Source of the DNA: Camelus ferus
Lineage: Eukaryota
DNA length: 64,000 nucleotides
Reading direction: 5' to 3'
Assembly: GCF_009834535.1 (NCBI RefSeq)
Contig: NC_045698.1
Coordinates: 11,658,001-11,722,000, forward strand
Shown: in pieces, positions 23,791-36,589 of the stretch
How the letters are laid out: each line of letters begins with the position of its first letter
How positions within the stretch are numbered: position 1 is the first letter of the stretch
The notes under the pieces: generated by a model
Databases searched by the model: none
The model's input: the letters and a program-made list of their open reading frames with translations, nothing else
Told to the model about the DNA's origin: nothing
Program-made: the position numbers and the translations under genes

Positions 23791-26700
23791 AACATAATAA
23801 AAGTTGCAGATCTTTTCATTATAATTAACAACAGTCTCAGAAAATAGTGTGGATTTACATATCCAATCTCCAGCCTTTGAAGTAATAGTTACTATATTCC
23901 TTGAGTTCTGTGGAGATAATTCATTTAATATCAAAAGGTAACAAATAAAAAGAATGACACAGCCGGAAAGCATGGTTTGTATGATATCCATGATAGGAAA
24001 CTGCTAATATATGGCCAACACCACCAGTAAACTAAAGTCTAGGTATTACGTGATGCATTTAAAATAAAATTACTCTGGCAGGCATATTGTTTCTCCTTAA
24101 AATTGTTAGTAGCTTAACATGATTTATAGAAAGCCCTTTATATGTTGGGTTGGCAAGATTCAAAGTATCATTATTTTTTTCTTTTCGTGGTGGGAGTGGA
24201 GGAGATTTCAATTGCAAATGAGGTAATGTACATGTAGAGTACAGCTGATCATTTCAATACAACAGCCGTAATTAGCGTTGAGTACTGACCAAATGAAAAC
24301 TATGGCTAATATTTAAAAGAACATTCGTAAAATTCCTGAGCATACTGAAGAGACTCAATATGTTATTGCTGCTCAACTTTTAAAAACATGGAATTTTGGA
24401 AGGATAATCTTTTTACATTAGATCAGTGGCTGTCTCCTCTAGTTAAATAAAAAAATACATGAATTTGAATGAGGAAAAAGAAGGGTATAAAACCTCAACA
24501 ATACGATGTCTTTGAGAAACGTTTAACAATAAAATCCTCCCTCCTGATTTCAATACTTTATATCAAGAGCACACTTTTGTTTTCAAAGGAAGACTATTAT
24601 CTTTGTTTTTCACAGAGCTGGTTTATAATGCAAAAATCAAAAGTTAACAGAAACCTTGGTTTTAAGATAAACTAAGATTTATGCAACCGAAGAAAAAAGT
24701 ACAGAAAGAGGTTAAAATCTGAAATTTTTCTCTTTGGTTTGTGCAGTGATTATGTTTGCAGGTCAATTAACAACATGCTCCCCTTATTTTTTTTTTCTGA
24801 ACTATCAGCTTGTTTGTCTCCCAGAAAAGCATCCTTGCTCCCAAGTGGTAATCTCCCCTTTTGGTCCAGAAGTGTCACGTTGCTCAGCCATTAGATTTGG
24901 AGGGTCTGCTGGCATACGCACGTGGCGGACATTTTTGAAAGTCTTTTATAATCAAAAAGACACGGCTGTCTTAATTATTAACATGGAAATAAAATACAGT
25001 GTGCTTTCTCAGATTTTCCCTTGATTAAACTTACTTTGATTATTTGGATTGTTCTTTGAAGAATAAAAAATCTGTGTGTTGGAATCAAAAGCCATTAACC
25101 TAAGCTTTTCCAGTTGACGGTATTTTCAATAACTTTAACCTGCACACTGCAGCTCACCCTTTGTGATGATTTCATCCTTTTCTAGTGAATAAATTGCTGT
25201 CATCCCTGAGGTTCGTGAGTAAGGTTCTAAGTCTTGACTCCGCAGTAACATTTTTAATGGAGGCTGAGGTGGAACTTTGTAAAGGGCGTTTTGCAATGAG
25301 CATAACTTAGAATGAAACATTTAGTTGGTCTACTTATTAAGATAAAATTTGTGAGTCTAATTTAAACCATTATTTTGTAATGAGCGCCCTCTCGTTCCTT
25401 AACGCATCGATTTCCGTCACAACAACTTGCATTCGATACGCACTTAGAGCCTCTTCCTGCGCTTCCCAGAATTGCCTATTTTGTGCTGCTGGCTTTCTCC
25501 TCAGCTGAGGAGCACTGTCAAGTGCAGCTCGATGTCACAGCCTCATGAGTTTAGGAGAGAAGAATAAACTCATCAGTAAATCGGAATTAAGAGCCCTGGA
25601 AAGCAGACGAGAGGACAGAAGCGACAGCCAAGCAAGGAGAATATTATTTCTTAAAGAAGCATTTCCAGGAAGCATGCGGGTTAGGAGTCATTTAGAATTT
25701 TTTAACAAATTGGGTAAGAGGGAAGGAATAAAAAGATTCATTTAAAAATTCTGTACCGGTTAAATTGAAACTTGGAGCTTGTCCATTTTTTGAAAGCTCT
25801 TTATCTTTTCTTTCCTGGGAAAATTTCAGTATAAGCAATCGCGTTGAGGTTGGGTTTGCAGGTTCCTGTGCGGGAACTAGAGAGTCTAGTAAGTACAGGG
25901 TGACACATGTTTTGTGAGGCTGAGCATCACTGGAGAGGGAGACGGTCAAAGTAAGCGGCATGATTCTCGCCTTTGGAATATGCCTGTAATTATTAATGAT
26001 CCTCAACAGAGACACTGCAGACCACAAAGAAAATCATCCTCTTGATGTTTAAGTATATCCAGTCAGTGAATAGTTAGGTCCTCAGTCCCATTTGCCGGTA
26101 ACTGCAAAGTTGAATCTCCCTCTAAGAAATCAAACTGACCGCACTTCAGTGCCTGGAGCCTGGCCTTCCCTCTCACTAGGAAATACACTATGATGCTGCC
26201 TTCACAGCATGTAACCCATTTAACGGGGAGCTAGGATCGCCCACCTTTCCTGCTTACAATCTCATCAAACAACTCTGAGTACCTCACATGGCTAAGTTCA
26301 CTGTCACCCCCACTCCTAAATTGTAGGGAACGGTTATTACAGGTGATTTAGAAAATCGTTTCTGCTGCCATACGAACTTCTAAAAGAACGTGATGTGGAG
26401 ATAGTGATTGTACTTTGTCTACCTTGACAGAGTAAAAATATCTTATGAGGACTTTAGGAAAATTTATCTAGGCTACTGGAATGACAAGTAAAGGTGTTAT
26501 CCTACCGTGTGCGGTGACATTACATTTTGGAGTATTTGGAAAGATTTCAAAGATATAAATAACCCTATGCAATGATGGACAGGACTTCGGCATCCCAAAA
26601 CACATAGTATTTGTGAATAGGCATCCTTTAACATTTTAAAATCTCAAGGCTTCCAGTTTTCATGGCTCTGGACAAAATTATCTAAACTTATGGACAAATG

Positions 26701-27559
26701 TTTAAGAAACTGGATTTGGGTAAAATTCCCCAAAAGCACTCTTATAAGAGAAGTTGCTTTCTCAGACGCAGTGCCATCAATTCATGACGAGTCCGACAGT
26801 AGGAGGGGCTCAGAATTTTTTCAGGCACAGGGATAAGAGCTCAAGGGGAAGAGCTGGTGCTGTCCAGCTAAGACATTCAAGGAAGACATAGATAACGCAG
26901 GGGACCTCAACTCCAACGTAAATGTGATTCTGGCAATTAGAACTTCAGAGCAATTATTTAAACTGCATGTCAGAAATACACTAAGAAGGACAAATGTGCA
27001 CACTGCAGTAGCACCTGCAGTGAGGATTTTACCAGCGAAGGTAATAGGAGCAAGAGAAAGGATGAGTTTCACAGCTGTTTTACCTGAAAAGAACCACCTA
27101 ACTTAACATACAGAGGAGGGGGAGCAGCTAAGCACCAGGATACCAGGACTGCTCTGGAAATCTTCTCAAATTGATTTTCTTCCATCCAGAGATAAATAAA
27201 ATATGACTGAATCGGCTGTGCTGTAATATGGCTCATTTGGGATGCTGTGAATTATTTATCCCTGACTATGTACCCATTTGGCATGTTTACTCACTAACCT
27301 TTTAAAGCCATCTGATAAAATGGCACAAACTTTCCTTAAATTGACTCATTTGGGTAGACGTTTCAGGACCAGCGCCTTTCTTTGTAGTCCTGAACTAACT
27401 TCCATTTATACATCTGGAGAAAACAACGTACGTGTAGCGGAAGTGCTCTGCACAGCGCACCAGAGCACAGTTACATCCATATTTGGCCTTGGTCCCTCAG
27501 GAAGGCCACAGGCTAACAGAAATGGATGACTGCTTTCTTCCAAAATAAACTAGGAAATA

Positions 27560-27850
27560 AAATTTACTCATTTAGCACACAACTTAGTGCTTACTGTGGG
27601 CCTGATGCTGGACGTATGTTGGTGAAAAGACAGGCAAGTTCCTGCTCACGTGATGCTTACAGGCTAGCCGAAGAGGATGACATTAGACCAACAATGGCAC
27701 CAAGAAAGTTGGCATGTAACTATGAACGGTGACAAGTGTGGTGAGAAAGCAAAGGCTGCTCTGAAGGAGGAAAACAGAAAGTACTCATTTTGGTTTAGGG
27801 GTTCAGGGAAGCCTCTTCAATCAAAAGGCACGTTTCGAGCTCTGGAGCAA
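27560..27850 (-). mobile_element. L2 fragment
   Basis: atttactcatttagcacacaacttagtgcttactgtg...cctgctcacgtgatgcttacaggctag...ttcagggaagcctct. Confidence 0.65.
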
Positions 27851-28689
27851 GAGGAGAAACATTACTCCTGAATAGGCTGCTGGCTCCTGTCTGGTAACGA
27901 GGTGGGGAGAGCTCATGCAGGAGGAATCACTGACATTCTTTCCACATAGGACTTGAAAAAAAAAAAAGATTTTAATCCAAATTCCCAGAGCCATGAAGAC
28001 TGGAAGACTTGAGATTTTAAAATGTTAAAGGATGCCTGCCCATGAAGACCATATGTTTTGGGATGCTGAAGTCCTATCAGCCAACAGAGCAACCGTGTTT
28101 ACTGACTTGCTGACAATACCATCTAAGAACCCTCTACATGTAAGTGTATTCCACCAATTATTCCTAGAGGCGAGAAAAAAAAAAAACCCAAGGCTCTGTG
28201 TTTTATTACTTATATTTATAGTAATAAAAACTCAACCCACTGATTCAAATAAACATGCAGAATGAAATGAAGTAAAAGGAACTCGCTTAAAATGCACTGT
28301 CTACTAAATAACTCTTCACAAATGGATTCCCCTTGACTTTATGTCCATTCGTACGCTGCTCAGTGCTTGACTCCTGGTCTCTCCCCTCCCAGCAGACAGT
28401 CCAAGGGCAACAAGCAGGGGCCTGCAGCATCCAGGGCAGCCCAGAGCCAGTGGGGTCCCCTGAGGAGTTTCTGAGGACAAGCTCACCTTGGAAATCTAAA
28501 GTTCAACAGATTTCATGGACTCATTCACCTATTCAACAAATATGTACTGAATGTCTACCATGTGCCAGCCATGGTCCTAGGTACTGAGAACACCATGGAA
28601 AATAAAACATTCCTAGCCCACAAGGAGCTTTCAGTTAAGATGACAGAGAATAAGCAGGGGATGGCACTCAACATATATCTAGAATGTGG

Positions 28690-29842
28690 CCAGTGTGCAC
28701 CACCTTCACCGCTACCACCCCAGTCCAAGCATCACTTAGGATGACTGCAGTAGCCTCCTAACTGGACATTTAACTTCCACCTTGCCCCTCCACTGGCTCT
28801 CCCCACAGAGCAGCCAGAGAAATACTGTCCAATTATTAATTCAGATCATGTCAAAGCTCTGCTTCAAACCCTCAGATGGCTTTCCAACTTACATTTACCA
28901 CTTACATTATGAATAAAATATAAACTTACGTTTACAGTTTGCAAGGCTGCACTCCTCTCTGACCTCGTGTCCTGCCACTCTCCTTAGGGCAAATTGCAAA
29001 AGATGGTCACAGTGCTTTGCAGTTTGCTGCTTCAAGAGGTAGAGTCAATTTCCCACCCCTTGAATCTGGGATTGGCCAAGAGACTTGCTTTGACCAATAG
29101 AATGTGGCAGGAGTGACCTGCCAAATGAACAAGCATCAAATAACCTACAATGTGGACCAGAGACAAGTCATCCCACCTGAGGTCCCCAAGGCCACTCAGC
29201 TCTCAGCTTCCTGACAGCTGCCAGAGACGCATGAGCGAGCCCCGTCAAGACCAGCAGAACTGCCCAGCTGACCCAGCTAGACTGCTGACAAACAGCTGAC
29301 TAAGCTAAATGAGTGGTCATTGTTTTAAACCACTAAGCTCTGAGACGGCTTATTATGCAGCAAAAGCTAACTGGTACATCTCCCCTTATCCATTTCACCC
29401 CTGCCACACCCACTTCCTTACAGTTACATGAAGACAACAAGTAAACTTTGCACCTCAGACCCTTTGCACTTGCTGCTCCCAATATGTAAGAGAACTTCTC
29501 ACCCAGATATCCGCTTACATCATTCTCTTCAGATCTCTGCCCAACTGTGAGCCATCGGTGAGGCCTTCCCTGCACACACTCTGTAGAACTGCAAACCCAC
29601 CTCCCCACTCCAGCCCAGCACTTCTTTGTTTTTCTGCATAGGGTTTCTCATCATCTGACATACGAAATTTACTATGTATTTACCTATTAATTTTTAACCT
29701 ACCATGCCCATTAGAATGTAAGTCCCATGAGGACCAGGACTTTCTCTTGTTTTGTCATCCCTCTGTCTCTAATACAATGCCTGGTACATGTGAAAATGCA
29801 ATATGTGTTGGTTAAATGAATAACTCAATGAATGAATGAAAC
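28690..29842 (+). mobile_element. L2a 3' region interrupted by an MLT1 LTR
   Basis: ccacagagcagccagag...tcagatcatgtca...cctttgcacttgctg...tagaatgtaagtcccatgagg...atgcctggtaca...aatgaatgaatgaa tail. Confidence 0.85.
28984..29378 (+). mobile_element. MaLR LTR (MLT1F/H-like)
   Basis: cccttgaatctggg...gacttgctttgaccaatagaatgtggcag...ccactaag...gcagcaaaagctaactggtaca. Perfect 5-bp TSD tctcc (28979-28983 / 29379-29383). Confidence 0.88.
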
Positions 29843-30234
29843 AGATCAGGAAATGTAAGATAGTAATAACTATCATAAAGAGATTTAAAATAGGGTTATA
29901 AGGTAATAAGTGAACAGGTGCCCACTTTAGATTCAGTGGTGACAGAAGGCATCACTGAGGTGGTGACAATTGAGTGGACACCCGAATAAATTCAAGTGCT
30001 TCTAACTATACAAGGTTAAGTTTGCATGTAAGTATCACAACAATAATGTCACTGTCCCCAGTCACAGCTGACGCTGCCACAACAGCCGAGGGTCAGTGTC
30101 CATGGACAGATCCAGAAAGCAAGGCGAAGGCTTCATACCTGTCCTGAGGCAGACAGTCTTCCTGCCTCTCCATCAGTTACACCATCAGTATCATTTCCGG
30201 TACACTGTCACAGCTGCCAGTAATCACATCACCA

Positions 30235-30435
30235 ACTTTCTCAAGTGTTCGTACTGCACCAGGTATGGTTCTTGGCACAGTATGGTTTTCAACTAATTGA
30301 TATTATTATTATCTGCACTTTACAGACAGAAATGAGGAGACAGAGAATGTAGGTCTTATGCCAAAAGGCACAGAGCGAGAAAGCAGTAGGACTGGCTTTA
30401 AACATAAGCCATTTGGCTCTGATGCCCCCACCCTT
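30235..30435 (-). mobile_element. MIR SINE
   Basis: attattattatctgcactttacagacagaaatgaggagacagaga...aaggcacagagc. Confidence 0.7.
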
Positions 30436-30800
30436 TCCCATCCATCATCTATGACACATTGCCTCACATAGACCCCAGTGCCTTGTTCAGAACTTTGGCA
30501 GAAAGAAACTTCTGGGCCCTGGGAGCTAAGCATCGTGCTTTCCCTGGGAAGCCTTGAGGCAGGCACAGGGCATGGGTCTGGAGAGAGGGAGGCGAGCCTC
30601 CCAGGAGAGAACTGCCAAACTTCTCCGCTTTCACAGTAAAAGGCAGCCTTGCAGCCACCTGCTCACTGTCCAAGTTCTAGAACCCACCCTTGGTCAGCAA
30701 TCTGAGATACCAGGGTTCATCACGTATGTGATATTTATGTTTGTTATCTCTTAAAAGCCCAGGCAGAAATAAGTAATATTTAAGGAAAAAATTATGTAAC

Positions 30801-31420
30801 TTTTCTTCTGATTTTTCTTGGGATATAAGTGACATATAGTGCTGCGTAAGTTTAAGGTGTGCATCATAGTGACTTGATGTACATACATCATGAAATGATT
30901 ACTGCAGTAAGTTTAGTGAACATCCATCATCTCATATAGATACAAAATTAAAGAAATAGTAAAAAGAGTTTCATCTTTCCTTGTGATGAGAACTCTTGGG
31001 ATTTATGCTCTTAACAATGTTCATATGTAACATACAGCAGTGTTAATTATATTTATCATGTACCTTATATCCCCAGTACTTATTTATCTTATAACCGGAA
31101 GTATATACCTTATGACCACCTTCATTCAGTTCCCCTCCCCTCACTCTCTGCCTCTCTTAACCACAAATCTGATCTCTTTTCCTATGAGATGGTTGGTTGG
31201 TTGGTTGGTTGGTTGGCTGGTTGATTGGTTGATTGGTTTTTGAAGAATAATTGACTTACAACACTATGTTAGTCCCTGGTACACAACACAGTGATTCAAT
31301 GTTTCTATATATTTCAAGATGATCACATGACAAGTCTAGCTATGATATATCACCATACAAAGATATTACACAGTCCCTGACTATATTCCATACACTGTAC
31401 ATTTCATACACATTACTCAT
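30801..31420 (-). mobile_element. L1 3' UTR (L1MA9-like) with an internal (GGTT)n tract
   Basis: Reverse complement of the same 3' UTR as 44320-44660 (ttgtgatgagaactctt, gtacttatttatctta). (GGTT)n at about 31190-31240. Confidence 0.85.
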
Positions 31421-32091
31421 TTAGGAAAATATTTTTATAACAAGGAGAATTACACAAATGCTAAAGGCTCACAAAATGGCTTTCTTCTCAGTGTGCCTCC
31501 AAATACCCTTGCTTTTCTATGTCAAAATGGTGGCCATGACAATTTTGCTCCATTGAGTCTGGATGCTCTGGCAGCCCTGTGGCGTTCTCCTCCTCTCTAG
31601 CATACCCTTATGACACCACACACACCACAGTGGCTCTGGCTTCCCTCTGCCTTGGTTACCCGACTTGTTCCTTCTTAATTGCAGATTAAACCACCTGGGC
31701 CACAAGGCAAGGGGCCCAGTGCAGTGGAGGTTTGTTTGCCCCATTTCAGATGGAAGGCACACCATCAAAGGAGAGGGCTGCAGAGATCTGGAGAAAAATC
31801 AGGCCACACAAGTCCAAGTTCCCTGTAGAAAACACCAGGGAGACATGCTTTATTAAGCAGAGAGGCTAGTTTTGCATCTCAGTTTTGCACGTGTTACTTA
31901 CAATGAGTCATTCCTTCAGTGTAGATGCTCAGAGTCTGTAAATTCAGAGGCACTTCCTCACGAACTTGCCTTGTCCCTCACTATTGAAAAGCCACCACTC
32001 TTCAGACTCAGCTCAGAAGCCACCTCCTCCATCGCAAGACTTTCTCTCTTCCAAACTCATCACTTCTTGTTTGTTCCATTTATTCCCCACA

Positions 32092-32839
32092 TGTTATGGG
32101 CTGAAGTGTGTGCCTCTGAAAAATTCCTGTGTTGAAGTCCTAACCCTCAGTAGTGTATTTGGAGACAGGTCCTTACAGGTATTATCAGGTATCTTGGGTT
32201 TGTTCAGGCGGTTACTTCAATGTATCATAGATTGGGTGGCTTTTAACAATAGAATTTTTTTCCACAGTTCTGAAAGCTGGCAGTCTGGGGTCAGGGTGCC
32301 CGCATGGTTAGGTTCCAGTGAGTACACTCCTCAGGATGGCAGGCCGCTTTCTTATCATAGCATCACATGGTGAAAGAGAGCTGGGTATCTCCCTGGCCTC
32401 CCTGTTCTTATAAGGGCAATAATCCCATCACAGGCTCCACCCTCATGACCTAATCACCTCCCAAGGCCCCACCTTAGAGACTGGGATTCAACACATGAAT
32501 TTCAGAGGTATACACACACTCAGTCCATAACACCAGGTGACTGAGGTCACTAGGGTAGGCCCTAATCCAACATGGCAGGTGTTCTTATAAGAAGAGGGAA
32601 TTTGGACACAGAGACACATATGGAGGGAAGCAGGTGAACACCCAGGAGAAGACAGCCATCTACAAACCAAGGACAGAGACCGGGAACAGACCTTTCCCTC
32701 ATGGCTCTCAGAAAGAACCAACCCTGCTGACACCTTATCTTGGACTTCCAGCCTCCAGAACTGTAAGACTATAAATTTCTGTTGTTCAAGCCAGCCAGTG
32801 TGTGGCACTCTGTTACAGCAGCCCCAGTGAACTCATACA
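32092..32839 (+). mobile_element. MaLR LTR (MLT1B/C-like), outer element
   Basis: tgttatgggctgaa...gttgaagtcctaaccc...ggccctaatccaa...gacttccagcctccagaactgtaag...actcataca. TSD ccaca/ccatg. Confidence 0.9.
32190..32532 (-). mobile_element. MaLR LTR (MLT1A-like) nested in inverted orientation
   Basis: cacagttctgaaagctgg...ccaccctcatgacctaatcacctccc...cagtccataaca. TSD tcagg (32185-32189) / ccagg (32533-32537). Confidence 0.88.
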
Positions 32840-33614
32840 CCATGAATGGCCTTGGGATGTGTCCTGTGCTGCCTTGTCACTGAACACCTAGGATTTTATT
32901 TTATGGCTTGATTTGGTTGCATGGTATTCGAATGTGGTGAGGATGACAGGGAGTTTAATTCAACCTGAATTCAAAGGTGAGATTCAGTGATCAGAACAAA
33001 AATGACTTCTCTGTTTCCTTAATCCAGGAGACGACAGAGCCATGAGCTGGGGGCAGACAGTTCTACACAAGATGGAGAGTTGGATCTGGAGGCCCATGAA
33101 AGGACTGAAAATAGATATGCAGGAAATATAAAAGCATATTTTCTAGAAGTGGAGTCAAAACTGGAGGCATGGCCCCTTTCCTTATATACTGCTATTAGTA
33201 AAGATGGCTACTTCCCATGGGCGAGAATGAGACACATTATCCTACAAAAGAAACTCACATCCATTCACTTCAGCTTCAGGGAATTTGTTGTTTGGGGCAT
33301 GTATCCAGCTTGTTTCAGCTCAGTTGCATAAACAAATCCACGGTAAGCTGTGATTCTTGGAAATTCAGTCACCAACTCAGGCTAAATGACATCTCAAGAT
33401 AAGAACTGAAGTGAGCCTAATGCAAACTTATAGACATGGTAAGAATGATCAAATTTCATAAGACCTTCAGAAAGATTCAAGTCACCTCAATAAAAAGGAT
33501 CTGCTTTGTTCAAATGTGACTTGAAACTATCTTTACAGAAACAATGCAAGATATTTGTCTTTTGGTTTTGCATATTAATTTTTGAAAAAGTCTTGGTAAT
33601 TATGAATTTACAGC

Positions 33615-34110
33615 CAAGGTTCCCAGACTATTTTGGTTCACAGAGCCCTTAGCGTCACCATAAATCTCCTCACTTTGCTCTCAGGCCAAAAGAAATAGCT
33701 TACAGTTCTGTCTATGAAGTAGTCGGATCCAGGCAACTTAATAGTATATATTTCTTAACAATTTAATAGCCATTTAAAACACAATAATTGTTATTATTAA
33801 ATGACCACAATTACTTAGAACATGTGACCTGTTGGATACTGTACAACTTCTGAAGTTTCGGACTGAAAGCAGACATTGCCTCCTCCATTCCCTGTTCCAA
33901 TTCTGTCTTCATGGGGCACTTTCATTGTACCACAGCCGTCCTGAAAAATCTGACTTTATCATCAAAAGGAATCTTAAAACCTGAAATCATGAATTATCTG
34001 GAGCTAGTAATTCACCCACTTCCCAACAGATGGCGCTGTATTTTCCTTGAAAATTTCCAATATCCAGTGGTGCCCCAGAGGTCTCATGGAATAAATTTCC
34101 ACACCAGAGG
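33615..34110 (+). mobile_element. hAT-Charlie DNA transposon fossil (MER119-like)
   Basis: ggttcccagact...ttggttcacagagcccttag...aggccaaaagaaata...accacaattactta...tgtacaacttct...gagctagtaattc follows my recollection of MER119. Confidence 0.72.
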
Positions 34111-35161
34111 TTTATACAATCATTAGTTTGTATCTCAAACACAGCAATACACTTAGGGGCAGGATTCATAGTTAACAATAGTAGATGAAAATTCACATTT
34201 CTAATTATCTGTTAATCATTTCCAAGTTTTTGGCTGACTTTTTTGTCAGCTCTGACTAGATTTGTCACTTTTTTTCTAGAAACACGGCAGCACTAGCACC
34301 AGGAATGCCAACTGAGCCACATTCTTATTGTTTGATTAAATTTGCATTATTACAATTGCCTTCAATCTAAGGTTTCTTTGCAGGAATATTTCTCAGCTTC
34401 TTGTCAGTTACGTGACAGTAAAGCGGAGTTTAAACCAAGCATTGTAATCTGCAACATCAAATCCACAGGGCCTCCATAACTGCGCTATGTCATATTAAGC
34501 CGAAATGCAACTCCAGTGAGGATGCTGCTGCCAACCGCTCCTTCTTCGGAACACTGCTGATAGCATATTCATGACCATCTGACGTTTGAACAGAGCCCTG
34601 GGCCCAAAAGCCAACTTGGATATTAAACATCAGGAAAGCGGCTGTCGTGTGGATTGAGGATAATATATGTAACTGTCCTAGAACTGGGATGACATGGGGT
34701 TCAAGTTCAATAAATCTTATCATTTTCATATCCTAAATCCCTCAGTGCTGTAAAAAGCCCCCCAAACCGCCCCCTGCCAGGTGGCTTTTAAAGTATGGAA
34801 TCACTCCCCAGTAAAGCCTGCAGTGAAGAATCCAGCCCCCAGCCAGCCATCCAGGGGTGGATTAGGAGCTTGCAAAAGTAGCTGAGACATTCAGAGTGCT
34901 TCATCCATGGACACCTCTCAGCTGGGGCTCCCTGGCTGTCTGTAAGTCCACATGGATTGCTGCTTCCTTACACTGTCAAAGAGCTTCATGCCCAGAAACC
35001 CAGAGTACGTGGTCTGATTATAAGGAAATCTAGCTACATTTGCTCTGTGAAGGACAGAAAAGTTACCTAAATAAGTCGTAAGTGATTAATACAAATCACA
35101 CACCGGGAGGCCTGTGAGGTAACCTACACATTTCACTTTTCTCCACGAAAAGAAAGACGCA

Positions 35162-35231
35162 ACACCAGAAACTGACACAAAATTGTAAACTGACTATACT
35201 TCAATAAAAAAAAAAATGCAAAAAAATAAAA
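35162..35231 (+). mobile_element. Extremely 5'-truncated young L1 (last ~45 nt plus A tail), camelid-like 3' end
   Basis: acaccagaaactgacacaaaattgtaaactgactatacttcaataaaaa. TSD aaagacgcaaca (35153-35164) / aaggacacaaca (35232-35243). Confidence 0.8.
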
Positions 35232-36589
35232 AAGGACACAACAAAGACACACCGTCCCTGGAATCTGTACATACTATGTCAACGTGATAAGAATCTCCTC
35301 CTCAAGATTGCAAGAAAATCATTCTTTGCAAATCTCTAGAAAGTGATCAGAATATGTGTTCACTGTAAGACAATTCAAATGAATCTCTTTTAACTATTTT
35401 AGTTGAGTTTGGCTTTCTTAAATAACATCACTCCAGCTAACAGTTATTGTGCAAATTAAATACTGCAACCTGGTGCAGTCAAGGAGAAATTGTTAATGAA
35501 AGAATAAAAGAGCCATCATTTTAACATAAAGCATGGATGGTTTTAAGTTGAGTGGTGGGTGGAAGGGGCACATAGGGCTCACTTGACATCTAAAGAAAGG
35601 AGAATAGAGAATTAAGATAAATCTTTTTCTCATCTGCACAGTGCTCACCAAATCCATGAAGTCCTGTGCCAATAATGTGCCTTATAAATATTGCTAATTA
35701 ACAACTAAATCTTTTACAGGAAAACGTTGGCAGGTAGACTAATTTTTAACACATGAATTACTTTGTACTTTATTTCAAATTATAATGTTTTGCAGCTAGA
35801 ATTAAACTTAAGTTCTTAATTGCAAAGCCTCCATTTGATATTCTTCAGATTGTTGTAACAGCTACTTTTTAATGCCCTGCAGAGACATTTTATAAGTAAG
35901 AACCAAGCGCTTATTTAAAGAATGAAAAGTCTTAGCGTTTATATGCTGGTCTTATGTTTCCTCTGGACCTCTCTTTGGTCCTAAATATTTGGTTTCAAAT
36001 ATTTCCAAATGTCTCATGTAGTGGGACATGTAGAATTAAGATTCTAATTGCAGAGGTAAGATTTTAATAAGTACTGACATTAAATCAATTCACCCTATCA
36101 ACTGCTCACTGTGATACAATTCAGTGTTTGTTCTAACTTTAAGATACAGTATCTTCAAAAGTCCTGCCTTGGTTAGCATCTACTTTTAGTAGGCTTAGAC
36201 ATTTTATAAGGAGTCAAATTAACAACTTGATTAAAGCACTAAAAATTGAGGGAATATTTTTGAAGGGTTGTAAATCTTTAATAACAATGTAAATATACCT
36301 ACTTACATCATCTTAGCTCAGTCATAAAAAATAAAAAGCATCTCCCATGGTTCTTCCAAAGTCAATGGTGGAGATAATTAAAGTCAAAAATAATTAAATA
36401 ATTAGATAATTAAAGTAGCCTGTCTAGAGTAACTAGTTAAACATTCAGGCTTCACCAGGTATGGCGGAAATCCCAGGGACGGCAGGAATTAATGGCTGTG
36501 TGCAATCGGGGGGCTGAGTAGTCAATTAACACGTGTCAAGGAGTCCCAGCTCATTCTAGATTGCATTCATTGTTGGGATTCAGGAACAG

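Noticed and set aside
25862..25888. 27-nt micro-exon candidate (VPVRELESL) between tttgcag and gtaagt
   Set aside because: Poor polypyrimidine tract, no supporting neighbouring exons, and on the strand opposite the inferred host gene.
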